Shown: positions 1 to 12,125 of the stretch, piece by piece
Layout: each line of letters starts with the position of its first letter
Position numbering within the stretch: position 1 is the first letter of the stretch
Origin: Octopus vulgaris
Lineage: Eukaryota
Reading direction: 5' to 3'
Length of the DNA stretch: 64,000 nucleotides
Assembly: GCA_951406725.2 (NCBI GenBank)
Contig: OX597814.1
Location: forward strand, 160,890,001-160,954,000
Made by a program: the position numbers and the translations under genes
Notes under the pieces: model-generated
What the model saw: only the letters and a program-made list of their open reading frames with translations
Told to the model about the DNA's origin: nothing
Databases searched by the model: none

Positions 1-300
1 CATAAAGGTAGATCAAAGGCCATTAAGCACTTTGTCCAGTATGCTAACGATTCTGCCAGCTTACTGCCCTACTTTTGTGTCAAATATTAATTTCAAATTT
101 TGATATAAGGTTAGCAACTTTGAGGGAGGGGGTAAGTTAATTACCCAAATCCCACTGATCAACTGGTACTTATTAATGACCCCATAAGAATGAAAGGCAA
201 AGTTGACCTCAGCATAATTCACTCAGAATGTGAAGACAGACAAAATACTGCTAAGCATTTTACCCAGTATGCTAACAATTCTGCCACCTCACAGCCCCAC
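1..300 (-). mobile_element. Two decayed Deu-core tRNA-SINE fragments (family B)
   Basis: Reverse complement matches the cleaner copies at 21956 and 57924 (gaatgaaaggcaaagttgacctc...ctaagcattt...ttctgccagct). Confidence 0.8.
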
Positions 301-429
301 CTTTCAGTCAATTATTAATACTCAAATGTTTTGTTCTTCACATAAACACAAAGTCATTGCACTCATTGGATCCATTCTTAGCTTTGATTTGAAATAGTCC
401 AGAGCTATTAGAAACATAAATTTACAATG

Positions 430-860
430 TAGTTTCCAGAACACAAATTGGTAGCGGATGGATATTATTAGAAGTAAATATTTAAACATTGATAATTCAT
501 GTGGACACTTTGATGAGTAACTGCTTATGAAAGCTAGCCAATCACCAACAAGTTTTTGTAAACATTTAATCTGAGTTTTTACTAGCATTAGACAGTAAGC
601 CTGCAAACCTGTATGTAATAAAAATGACTAATGCAAAGACAACCTCACTATAAAGCAGGAAGCTATCTTTCATAAAGATCATGAAGCTATGAAAAATCTC
701 CACAGATGGTGATGTAAAGAAAACAGAAAGGTCTATGATGAATAATAAACACACATGCCTGATTACACAAGGAAAAATATCAAAACACAAAACTGAATCT
801 ATTCTGAATGGTTTCTGACAATATGCACTGACTCTTAAGCTACAATTGGCATTGTATACC
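430..860 (+). pseudogene. Possible heavily decayed hAT transposase core
   Basis: Mixed-frame motifs in the expected order: LVADG..RSKYLNI, TFNLSF, DSKPA, ISTDG, ICT(A)LKLQLAL. These resemble hAT D..W, TDG and CxxHxLQLA. Many stops and frameshifts. Confidence 0.3.
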
Positions 861-1389
861 TAATAGACTTTGCTTCCAGCAGCATTCAACAAACAAACAA
901 TAAACAAATAGGTTATAAATTTGTCTCTTGATTGGAAAACAGTCTGTGTCACTCTCAAATATTTATGATTGTGATATAGAAATATTTGACAATTCTCCAA
1001 CTGATAAACCCCACTGCATACAAGACTTAAAAGCCAGCAGCCATTAACCAAGATAAGGAACAAAAATGTTTGATTTTTAAGAAGGGCAAGCAAAAGGTGT
1101 GAACTATCAGTTGGGCCAAATTAATGAAACTATGTAAAAAAAAAATTTGAATGATATGATAAAGATAGATAATGATGAAAGCCAGCTATTAAATGTCAGA
1201 GCTAAGAACACTGCTTGATTATATATTTATTGATTTCATGGATGAAATATGTATTAACATGGCAAGTTGCTTTATAGCTGTTATATTTTGTGTGTGTAGG
1301 GTTGTGTGTGATCAAAAAGAATGAAAAATTTTGATGATGAAGCTCAATATAGATTGATTCCTTCTTTGGCACAAAGCCTTAATTTAAAG

Positions 1390-1665
1390 ATGGAAACTGA
1401 GATATTATTACTTCCATTCATTTTCAAAGGGTTATTAACTATATAAGGAGGAAATTATTTAGACATACACACACACACACACACATATGTTGATGTGTTT
1501 ATGTGTGTGTGTATATATATTAGATTCATATATTTATATATATGAAAAATAGCTTGTCTTCTAAGCATATTAAATTGAAAACATGACCATGTTATGATTT
1601 TTATTCATTTTCAAATGGTATTATCTAAGTAAGGGAAGAATATTTAGACACACAGACACACACAC
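1390..1665. repeat. Diverged local tandem duplication (~185 bp period)
   Basis: attcattttcaaa(g/t)gg...aagg..gaa..atttagaca(CA)n occurs at ~1415-1470 and ~1603-1660. Confidence 0.7.
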
Positions 1666-1713
1666 TCACGTGTACATATGTGTGTGTGTACATGTATGCA
1701 CAAATATATATAA

Positions 1714-1744
<31 letters not shown>

Positions 1745-1765
1745 TATATGTATGTATGTATGCAT

Positions 1766-1930
1766 AGGTATGCAGACATAGCTATGAGGTTAAGAAGTTC
1801 ACTACCCAACCATATGGTTTAAGGTTCAGTCCCACTGCACAGCACCATTGGTAAGTGTCTTCTGCTATTGTGCTGGATTGAGCAAAGCCTTGTGACTGGG
1901 TTTCTAATGTAAACTGAGAGAAGCTCATCA
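1766..1930 (+). mobile_element. tRNA-headed SINE family A, 5' part
   Basis: ggttcagtcccactgc B-box-like head and caaagccttgtga body shared with the full copies at 30463 and 35821. Confidence 0.8.
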
Positions 1931-2427
1931 GCTGTGTGTGTATGTGTGTGTGTGTGTGTGCACGTGTGCATGTGTGCATATATCATATCATTACCATCAT
2001 CATTATCATCACCCTCATCATCATCATATAATGTCCTTTTTCCATGCTGGCATGGGTAGGATGGTTTGACAGGAGCTGGCAAGGCCAGGGGCTGCACCAA
2101 GCATCATAGTCTATTTTTGGTTCAATCTCTACAGCTGGATTCTCATCCTAATGCCAACCACAGTTAACAGGAAGAGGAAAGAGTGATGTCTTTGAGTAGA
2201 CTGCTGGAAAGAGCTAGAGCGAGAGAGAGAAACAGATATAGTGCACAAGGAGAGATAATTTGGTAGTTTGGTGAGATGGTCAGTGTAACATGTGGGTGTG
2301 AAGAACAATATTCAGAAACAAATCAAATATGATGTTGATAAGCCACAAAAATGGCAAAATATCAGTATCCATCACTCCTGAATTCGATTGGAAGTGAGTT
2401 GTCTTACCTTTCTATGACTTTCAGGTA

Positions 2428-2947
2428 CCGTAAATCCTCGAGTATAATCCGCATTTTTTCCCCAAAATTTAAAGGTTAAAATCCCTAGTGTGTACTATAT
2501 ACGAGGTTAAAAATGAAAAATATTTTCTAAGCAATGTCCGAGTCTCTATTTGCTGTCCGGCAATGTTTATTCAGATGCATTTTGTGATGCCGGGTGGGAA
2601 AATACCTTAAGCTAAGCCTGAAAGCAATGAAGTCATAAAAGAATCATCCATAACTTGCTGTAAACAACATTTATTAAAATAAAAGTATTCAGAACACAGA
2701 ATAACATATAACAAAAACAATTTGCAAACATTTACATTCCCATATAACAGTTAAGAACCTCACCATTATTGTATTATGCATGTGTGGAAGTGTTTGTTCG
2801 ACTAGGTGCCGCTGGCTTAATTATGTATGACTCAAGTTAGAGAAGGGGTGCATATTATACACAAGGTTTAGGTTTTTCAAAAGTACAGCCCCCTAAAAAT
2901 CCCCTGCATATTATACTCAAGGGTGGACTATACTCGAAGATTTATGG
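2428..2947. mobile_element. Tc2/pogo-type non-autonomous DNA transposon (MITE), 520 bp
   Basis: TIRs ccgtaaatcctcgagtataatcc / ggactatactcgaagatttatgg; TA on both sides (2426-27, 2948-49); subterminal tatactc repeats. Confidence 0.9.
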
Positions 2948-3094
2948 TATTTTAACACCCAGCATTATCAGAGAGCAAACCAGTGAATAAATAAAACACC
3001 AGTATCGGCCACATTGCCTCCATGTGGTCCAACATTGAGCATGTGTGGTCGTTAATGTTTACATCACTAGCACTGCTTTTAATTTCATCACCAT

Positions 3095-3545
3095 CATCTT
3101 CATCATTTAGCATCTGCTGTCCATGCTGGCATGAGTTGGACAGTTTGAACAGGGCTGGTAAACTGAGGGGCTGCACCAGACTCCAGTCTGATTTGGCATG
3201 GTTTCTACAGCTGGATGCCCTTCTTAACACCAACCACTCCAAGAGTGTAACTGGTGCTTTTACCTGGCTGCCAGTTTTGTGACACCAGTATCTGTCACAA
3301 CTACAATTTCACTTGGCTAGATGGATTTCATTCTCAAGCACAGCATATTGCCAAAGGTCTCATTATTTGTCATTGCCACCATGAGGCCCAATGCTCAAAA
3401 GGTGCTTTTAATGTGCCACTGGCATGGGTGTCAGTTATGTAACACCAACAATAGCTACAACTATGATTTCACTTGGCTTGATGGGTCTTCTTAAGTATGG
3501 CATATTGCCAAAGGTCTCAGTCACTAGTCATTGCCTCCGTGAGCC
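3095..3545 (-). mobile_element. RTE LINE 3' UTR/tail fragment
   Basis: (CAT)n then catgctggcatg...ctggatgcccttc...ttcacttggctt; reverse complement of the tail attached to RTE RT at 12122-13030. Confidence 0.85.
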
Positions 3546-3594
3546 CCAGTGTATGTATTTATGTATATACAACAGACACACACACACATATTCC

Positions 3595-3682
3595 TTCATT
3601 TTTTTACTCGTTTCAGTCTTTTGATTGCAGCCATGTTGGGGCACTGCCTTGATGGGTTTTAGTCAAATTAATCAACCCCAGA

Positions 3683-3755
<73 letters not shown>

Positions 3756-4080
3756 ATAATTTTATATATACACACACACACACCTGCAAAGGACTGCTTT
3801 CAGTTTCTGTTAACCAAATCCACACACAAGGCTTTGGTTGGTCCAAGGCTCTGGTTGGTCCAAGGCTTTGGTTAGCACAACACTGTTTGTTCCCCCATCA
3901 GTGCTTGACAACTGGTGTTGGTATGTTTATGTCCTTGTAACTCAGTGGTTCGGCAAAAGACACCAATAGAATGAGTACTAGGCTTAAGAAATAAGTACTG
4001 GAGTCAATTTGTTTGACTAAAATCCTTCAAGGTGGTGCTCTAGCATGGACACAGTGAAATGACTGAAACAAGTAAAAGAG
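3595..4080. mobile_element. Rearranged SINE A fragments (minus tail/middle, plus tail) around (TA)n(TG)n
   Basis: tttcagtttc..caaatccacacacaaggctttgg (minus) and gcttgacaactggtg...gactgaaacaagtaaaagag (plus). Confidence 0.75.
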
Positions 4081-4084
4081 TAAT

Positions 4085-4897
4085 TACATGAAGTGGATGC
4101 CAGAAAAATTACATAGGCCTCATGGGCATGTTATTATGCAAAAGAATGACAACTCACCTCCAACAGATCTGAGACAAGAATACAAGGAAAATTCCTTTAA
4201 GTACCACATTCTAGATTGTGCAGGAGTGGACTTACCCAACTTTAAAAATCTTCCCCTTCTTTAAAATGCTTGGACTTTTTCACCCAATAGAGAATAATTA
4301 AAGAAAAACAATTCATTAACAAATATTTAGTCAATACATACATTCATAAAGAATTCTACTATTCAATTCAAAAGAATTTTTGACACAAAAATAATTCCTT
4401 CTTTAAAACAACAAATTCCCAAAAACCAAAACACACATACACCCCCCCCAAAACACACACACACACCACAAAGCAAATGAAAAATAATTCCTTCCAGACC
4501 CTTTCAATAAAATTCTAGACCCCATTTAATACAATATATACATGCAGCTGACCATATTCTAAATAAAAAAAAAGAAATAAAAAATAAAGCAAAACAGACA
4601 CACACAGCTGACCATATCCTGAATAGAAATTTGCTATTCAGTTCAACAGAATTCTTTGCAACTCAATAGAATTTCTGACATTTGACCTTATGAACTCCAT
4701 CCCAGACTCCTACACAAACAACATATATAAGAGACTCTAAGACAAAACTTTAAACATGTTCTTAACTATGAACAAAATATGAGAACAAACTGTTTTTAAT
4801 TTTCAATTCTTTCTTATATCCTAATTTTTTCTAATTTCCTAATTCTTGACTTTGAATTTTTAATATTTGATAAGATGACATACATATCGAAACTGGT
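4085..4897 (+). mobile_element. Penelope-like element 3' relic: GIY-YIG endonuclease remnant, 3' region and decayed hammerhead
   Basis: Translates SGCQKNYIGLMGMLLCKRMTTHLQQI*DKNTRKIPLS..ILDCA..F.IFPFFK..KEKQFINKY (YIG, R, H and E landmarks). Followed by ttgataagatg..tatcgaaactggta. Confidence 0.75.
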
Positions 4898-4899
4898 AA

Positions 4900-5980
4900 T
4901 CTATATAATATAAAACAAAGGATGTGTATTTGTGTGTGTGTGTGTGTGTGTCTATGTCTGTGTGTATAGTATTTATTCATTTCTAGTTTTCAACTGATTT
5001 TCACCAAACTTTACACACACATTATTTAAGTGCCAAGGGTGGTCATGCACTATAACATTTTGCCCAGAGCTCCTGCATAAAGCAAGAAACCAGGAAGAAT
5101 GGTGTTTTACACAGGTTTTTCTCTAAAAACTTCAGCAGTTTTCAACCAATTCTCTCCTTTTTCTCTCTGTTTATTTCTCTCTTCTCTCTCTTTTTCTCAT
5201 TCTCTGTTTCTCTTGCTTACACATATTCTCTCTCACCCTCTGTAATAGTTCCTCTCTTTTAGTCTATGTCTGTTCCTTTCTCTCTCTTTCCCTTTAACTC
5301 ACACACTTACAAACTTCAGTCTACAAATTGTCTTCTGTGTAATTCAATCTCTGTTGTTACGGTTCGTACATTAGTTATTTTCAATTCTTTTTTCACCCAG
5401 TGTGTTTAAATTCACTTTTGCCACATCTGCCTAAAAACTGACTTCAGTGTATTTCAGTTTTGCTGTGTGTAAATATCTATATCTTTATGGTATTTGTACG
5501 TTCTCCCTACAGCATTACTTATTTAAAATTTTTTGCACTCCGTCTATTTAAATACACTATTTACAAAAATGTTGTGCATATGGTCATACATGCATATGTA
5601 TGACAGCTATTGGCCACATACAGCCGATAAACCATTATTGCTAACCAATGAGATTTCTATCACACCACTGAGTGGTCATGCATTAGAAAAAGCTATCCTA
5701 AAGTGGTTCAAGTTTTTTCACTCAAGCTAATTTCTTCTAGAGCTTTATACACTCAAACGGGGCACATACCCACCATCCCCAATTTTCCATGACAAGTTAG
5801 GGCCTGGAATACTCCAAATGGACACATGACATGTCACTTAGTTGAATTAGCCCATTATTTACTCCATAAATGTTTTGTCATCAATGCTGCACTTTCCCAT
5901 ATCACCGGTTTCAACATAACTGTAATATATATACAAACTATGCCATTTTAATCCCGAACAACATCGGGTATCTCAGCTAA
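4900..5980 (+). mobile_element. Helitron-like non-autonomous element
   Basis: 5' a|TCtatataatataaa plus (TG)n; 3' hairpin cccgaacaacatcggg followed by tatctcagCTAA. Same architecture as 56095-56458. Confidence 0.75.
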
Positions 5981-6089
5981 CAAATATAAAAATATCTTTA
6001 TACATACTTCTTTCCCCATTTACTTTTTAACTATAACTTTTGACTTATATTGATTCTTAACCTCTTTTCAACTATATATATATATATAA

Positions 6090-6326
6090 TACCATTTGAG
6101 CGTGAGCGTTGTCAGTACCGCCTGACTGGCCCTCATGCCAGTGGCACAGAAAAGCACCCACTACACTCTCGGAGTGGTTGGTGTTAGGAAGGGCATCTAG
6201 CTGTAGAAACTCTGCCAGATCAGATTGGAGCCTGGTGTAGCCATCTGGTTCGCCAGTCCTCAGTCAAATCGTTGAACCCTTGCTAGCATGAAAAGTGGAC
6301 ATTAAACAATGATGATGATGATGATG

Positions 6327-6328
<2 letters not shown>
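6090..6328 (+). mobile_element. RTE LINE 3' tail
   Basis: cacccactacactctcggagtggttgg..aggaagggcatc..gctagcatg..(GAT)n tail. Confidence 0.85.
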
Positions 6329-6354
<26 letters not shown>

Positions 6355-6357
<3 letters not shown>

Positions 6358-6740
6358 CTTTTATTCTTTTATACATTTCAGTCATTTTGACTGCAGCACT
6401 GCCTAAAGAGTTTTAGTCAAAGAAATCGACCCCAGGATTTATTCTTTGTAAGCGTAGTACTTATTCTATTGGTCTCTTTTGCTGAACCACTAAGTTACAG
6501 GGACATAAACACACCAACATCGGTTGTCAAGCGATTGTAGGGGGACAAACACAGACACAAAGACACATGACACACATATATGTACGACAGGCCTTTTCAG
6601 TTTCCGTTTACCAAATCCACTCACAAGGCTTTGGTCGGCCTGAGGCTGTATTAGAAAATACTTGCCCTGTGCCACTAAGTGAGACTGAACCTGGAACATT
6701 GTACTTTGGAAGCAAGCTTCTTACCACACAGCCATACCTT
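6355..6740 (-). mobile_element. SINE family A, near full length
   Basis: Reverse complement of 35821-36222 from head to tail. Confidence 0.9.
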
Positions 6741-7010
6741 ATTATTTAAAGTTGTTTATTATTGCCAGTCAGAGAGTGACCGTTGGTTTTGCACCCATAA
6801 AGCGCTCAGCTGTATATACGATTCATCAGGCTCAAATGACCAATGGCACATAATGTCTCTCTATAAATGGCGGTAGAGAACACCATGGTTACTTAGTAAA
6901 CAAAAAATATTAAACTATATAAAATGTTTAAGCAGTGTTGCTATCGGCAGTATTATATTATATTATATTACATCATATTATATTATGATATATTATACAC
7001 ACACACACAT

Positions 7011-7047
<37 letters not shown>

Positions 7048-7629
7048 AAAATTTGCATAATTAATTGCTGCAACTATGCAGTAAGAATGTAGTAGACGGA
7101 AGGATTTCAGTCGAGCTACAAGCTGTGAAAGAGGTGTGATGTTACGTGTTAGTGAGATATGAAGTATCTAATATAGAAAATTTGCAGAAACCAGAGAGAT
7201 GGGAAGCAAGCATATAATGTTAGCTCACTTGAAAATAGAGAACTAGAAATAAGCTGTGAAGGTAGTTAGTCATAAAAGACATCAAAACTGATGTAATCTT
7301 AGAGAAGTAACTGCATTGGTAGATATATATGATGTAAATGTATGATGATTAGTGAATGATAAAAATGTTCTATATTGACAGTGGAAGGTATTAATGGCCA
7401 AGAAATATTGTGGGAAGCATGATTAGAAAGTGGTGAGATTATAACTCAGGTTGCTAAGCCTCGTAAATTAGATAATTCAAGATTAAGATGCTTGACTATA
7501 TAGAGTTTTTATGCAGAACGATTCAACTCATGACAAGATGGTAAAATGGATTTTACAGCATTAATGGTGCCATGGAGAAAGCACCTGTCTTGCTGTCATG
7601 TAAAAAGCACCTATACCAGTGTGAGTAAA

Positions 7630-8188
7630 ATGCACCTGCGCCAATATTGTTCCTTCTTGAGCCATCCCTGGCTCATAAGGGCCGGTTTTCTGGTTTCCTT
7701 GGCATATAGGTTCCCCACCTGGACGGGACGCCAGTCTGTCACAGGTGAGCTGCAAGATGCAGGAGGAAAGAGTGAGAGAAAGTTGTGGCGAAAGAGTCAG
7801 CAGAAGTTCGCCATTACCTTCTGTCAGAGCCTTGTGGAGCTTAGGTGTTTTGCTCATAAACACACACACACACCGCCTGGTCTGAAATTCGAACCCGCGA
7901 TCCTTTGACCGTGTGTCCGCTGCTCTAACCACTAGGCCATGTGCCTCCACTAAAGCCTAGCCAGGCTCATGGGCCCAGTTTCCTGATTTCAATGGCATAT
8001 GTGTTCCCCAGCTGGACAGGATGCCAGTCCATCACAGAGTTACTCATTTATGCCAGCTGAGTGGACTGGAGCAACGTGAAATGAAGTGTTTTGCTCAAGA
8101 ACACAATGCGTCGCCCAGCCCAGGAATCGAAACCACAATCTTACGATCATGATGCTGACACCCTAGCCACTAAGCCACGCACCTCCAC
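7630..8188 (-). mobile_element. Two tandem tRNA-headed SINEs (family C)
   Basis: Heads gtggaggcacatggcctagtggttagagcagcgg..ggttcgaat (ends 7950) and gtggaggtgcgtggcttagtggctagg..ggtttcgattcc (ends 8188), with A/B boxes and a tgagcaaaacac core. Confidence 0.9.
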
Positions 8189-8189
8189 T

Positions 8190-8508
8190 GTGTGCCAATA
8201 TGACATAAAAAACACTTGTGCCAGTACTACATAGTAAAATACCCATTCCAGTGCCATGTAAAAAGTACCCTTGCCAATGCTATATATAAAGCACTTGTGC
8301 TAGTGTCACATATAAGGCACCCGTGCTGGTGCCATGTGAAGAGCACGCAGTACACTCTGTAAAGGAAGGGCATCCAGCTGTAGAAAGTATACCAAAACAG
8401 ACAAGTAGAGCGTGGGCAGCTCTCCCGCTGGCTGGTTCTTGTGAAACTGTCCAAACCATGTCAGCATGGAAAATGGGCGTTAAATAATGATGATGATGAT
8501 AATGATGA
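8190..8508 (+). mobile_element. RTE 3' tail with ~26-bp tandem subrepeats
   Basis: About 6 units of gtgccagtgccacataaaaagcacc-like sequence, then the conserved tail and (GAT)n. Confidence 0.8.
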
Positions 8509-8835
8509 ATGAACTACTGTGATATTATTGTAAATTCCACATTAAAGCTATGGGATTATTTCTCTTTACAAACATCTAGCCAAGACGGTAAACTTTACTA
8601 AGTTGGACATAGCCAAGTTTAGGAAATGTTAAGGAAATGGCAGAGTATCTGCCATTTCCTTAACATGTTCCAAACAAAACATTTTTGGTGGGTTAAAAAC
8701 GAAAGCAAAAATATACACATACATAGAAAATCTCAGGCAAACACAGAAACATAGAGAGAGACACAAATACATCCATACATACATACATGCATGCATGCAT
8801 GCATACATACATACATACATACATACACATATATA

Positions 8836-8970
8836 GGTGCAAGCATGGCTGTGTAGTAAGAAGCTTGCTTCTCAACCACATGGTTCTCAGTTCAGTCCCA
8901 CTGCATGGCACCTTGGGCAAGTATCTTCACTTGTAAGTGGATTTGGTAGATGGAAACTGAAAGAAGCCTA
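8836..8970 (+). mobile_element. SINE family A, internally deleted
   Basis: gtggctgtgtagtaagaagcttgc..gttcagtcccactgc..gaaactgaaagaagcc. Confidence 0.85.
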
Positions 8971-9788
8971 TCATACATATGTATGTATGTATGTATGTAT
9001 GTACGTATGTATGTATGTATGTATGTATATATATATGCGTGTGTATGTGTGTGTGTGTGTGTATATCTATGTGCATGTATCTTGTGGTTGTGAAGCATGC
9101 TTCATACCGCACAGCCATTTCTGTGCCTGTATCTATCTATCTATCTCTCTATATATATAATACATTAAAAGTCAGTTTAAATTTTGTTTGCTTGCAGTGT
9201 TATTCAGCCAATCTGGCACATAATGGGAAAATGCTATGAATTAAGTTTAACCTGAAATGTTAATATGAACAGAATGAAACAAGTTTCACATAAATTGGTA
9301 AAGTGGTTTTCGAGATATTAGAGATTTTCATGGTATAAATACCTGAAATGGTACATAATGGGTAAATGTTCTGAAAATAATCTTCATCCTGAAAGGAAAG
9401 AAACTCTTATCTTTCTATTAGACAGTGAGTTGACAACGAAAAAATTCGATTTTCGTTTTTGTACAGTAAATGTTTCTGTATTCGCTTTTGTTAAACACAA
9501 TATTTTAATCATTTAGAAATATTTCTAAGTGAATGTGAATTCAAAAATGTAAGCTGTTTGTACAGCAAGTATTTATATTTTAGCTTTCTTTAAACAGACA
9601 AAATTTTAATGTTTTTTAAAATTATTTTCAAGTGAATACCATAACAAAAATTTTTTTGGCATATTTAGAAAATATTCTAAAGTGAAAATGACTTTAAAAA
9701 TACAGTAAATATTTCATAAAAGACCCATTTGTAAACTCAGTGTGAAATAGTTCTTTTTCCATAGGTTTTTTTTTAGTGCATTTAACAT

Positions 9789-9899
9789 ATTTGGCTGTTA
9801 TTTCTAGCACGCCCTGCAACCATGTAACAGCTATTTGTAATAAAGGACCTAAAATACCTGTCACGTGGTAGCAGGGCGTGCAAGAAATAGCAGCCAAAT
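9789..9899. repeat. Inverted repeat/hairpin, 48-bp arms
   Basis: Left arm atttggctgttatttctagcacgccctgcaaccatgtaacagctattt matches the reverse complement of the right arm at 42/48 positions. Confidence 0.95.
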
Positions 9900-10069
9900 C
9901 TTTCCTTTTTCTGGGGAAAGGAGCCATTTACATGTGATTTCAATGTCACATTCATTGAAAGTATGTGAAATAACCTGGAAAAGAAAAAAAAACATGAAAC
10001 AAAATTCCATTGCTGGGAAATTCATAGTTTTCTGGTGACCCAATAGGTAGTATAGTATACATATGTGTG

Positions 10070-10126
<57 letters not shown>

Positions 10127-11197
10127 GAGTTTGTGTGTGTGTGTGTGTGCATATGTTCCTTATGCATTTGAAAATAGTTGCCAATTCTGACACATCAAAA
10201 GATTCAGTAATCTTTCAGTTACCAAATAAACTTTATTTTCATTTACATATTTTCTGTGATATCTCAGCAACCAGCTAGAGTCATTTGAAAGACATTGCTG
10301 TACAACAACCAGGTTTCATTAGAAAGTGAAAATAGTTTCACACTTTCGATTTGAACTAGAATTACAAAGTGTTGCATTACAAGAGCGACGATGTGTGAAT
10401 AATGAAAGTAATGGTTCTTCAAATTAGTCACATCAGTACTATAATAAAGTTGCTTATCATCTATATATATAAAAGAGAGTTTGTATGTCACTCACTATCT
10501 CTCTCTCTCTCTCACATGCACACATACATACAAATAAAAAAGATGTATGCATATGTATTTATGTACGTGCATATGACAGATGTGTGTGTGTGAGAAAGAG
10601 AGAGTGCCACTAACACATACATGCAAAAAAGTACATACATGACAACACACACCTTCACTCACTCACTCTCTCTCTCTCTCATATACACGCACACACACAT
10701 GTCCATTTCATATACTTGTACATACATGTTTCACTTTCTCTTCTCTTTCAATTTCTACTCTCTTCAAAGCATAAAGAAATAAAAAATTTTTACAGAAATT
10801 AACAAACAATCATATGATCCCAACTGATCGAGTTGACAACTTCGCTGCTTCAAACAAAAGAATGCCATAAAATAACTTCCTCTGGCACACACACACACAC
10901 ATACACACATACTCTAGGTAAAACTTCTGTATGAATTGTGTTATTTCTTGCTATGTACAGATGCAAAATTACAGCTCAAATCCAATTGAAATGAACTTTT
11001 TCTATTCTGTAATTCAGGTTTATGATGAGCATATTTAAATACCTGATCTTTGATATAAACTTAAAAGAAAGTTTTCCCAGAAATCCTGTCCTTTACCTGT
11101 TGCTTCTAGCATGTCCAAGGTGATATTTGTGTGTGTCCCCCAACATTTTTTCCCAAAATTTCTTCTGATTTCTATGTTTTTGATACAGGAGATTAGA

Positions 11198-11822
11198 ATT
11201 TCACCCAAAAGACACATTCTCAATATTTTAATTTTCTCCTTCCCCACCCCAATTTCTACATTTTTACTCTTTTCTAATTTTTTTCTTGGTAATCCACAGG
11301 GAAAAAAATAGTGAGTATGAATCTTTAAGAATTTTCTTCTTCCTTTTTTCTTAAAGTAACACTAAAATCTCCTTCTCAAAATCCACCTATCACCTCACTA
11401 CTTTCAATACGCTACAAACTCCCAATGTTTCACTTTTAGCTTTTTGGAAAGTGGGGAAGTTTCTTCAGAAATAATGTCATTTACCTGCTGTTCCTAGCAT
11501 GTTGGGTATTCTGGTAGTGGTCTGATATTTTTTATGTCTGCTACATCAGTACAATTCTACGCATGTGTGAAACATCAAATGAAAGTAAAATACTGGGAGG
11601 TTTTAGCTTTTTGAAAGCATGTAGGTGATGGGTGGGCAAGGTGGGGGAAGGGATATTCAGTGTTTCTTTAAGAAAAATTAAACTTAAAAAAAAATATTCG
11701 CCAGATTTGTAATCTCTGTATTTTTCTATGTGGATAAAAGAAAAAGAAATTTGAAAAAGTTACAAATTAATGAATTGCGGAGGAGGGGTTAAAATTTTGA
11801 AAACGTGATTTTTGAGAAAATC
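11198..11822. repeat. Long diverged inverted repeat (two opposed copies of a Helitron-like family)
   Basis: 11345-11438 pairs with 11581-11678 (ttttcttaaagtaacact..ctcccaatgtttcacttt), and 11198-11337 with 11690-11822. A Helitron-type 3' end (cctgggcaatgctggc..gCTAGt) lies at ~12053-12081. Confidence 0.75.
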
Positions 11823-12082
11823 ATATTACCCCCCACCCCTGTTATACGATGAAACAACACATAGTTTATGATCCTTCTTAAGAACAGAAAACACTTTCAT
11901 GCAAATCCTTGCAAATTGTTCCCGCTTTACCCTTCACTTTTAAACAAACAATAACTTTCTCACACCAGGAATTCAGTTCACTATATAGCAGCTGTGCCAA
12001 TTCTACCCGTAAGAAAGGAATAAATAATACAATGAGGCTGTAGGTCATAACACCTGGGCAATGCTGGCATGCATTGCTAGTG

Positions 12083-12121
<39 letters not shown>

Positions 12122-12125
<4 letters not shown>

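Noticed and set aside
7870-7950. tRNA gene (also heads at 8110-8188, 21956, 35821 and 47230)
   Set aside because: A/B boxes are present, but they continue into shared SINE bodies and no complete cloverleaf or acceptor stem is evident.
8190-8345. CRISPR-like array of ~26-bp repeats (also 39263-39362)
   Set aside because: The units abut with no unique spacers, lie within RTE 3' UTRs, and no cas genes are present.
10323-10410. Coding exon KVKIVSHFRFELELQSVALQERRCVNNE
   Set aside because: Weak splice sites, no recognisable homology and no partner exons.
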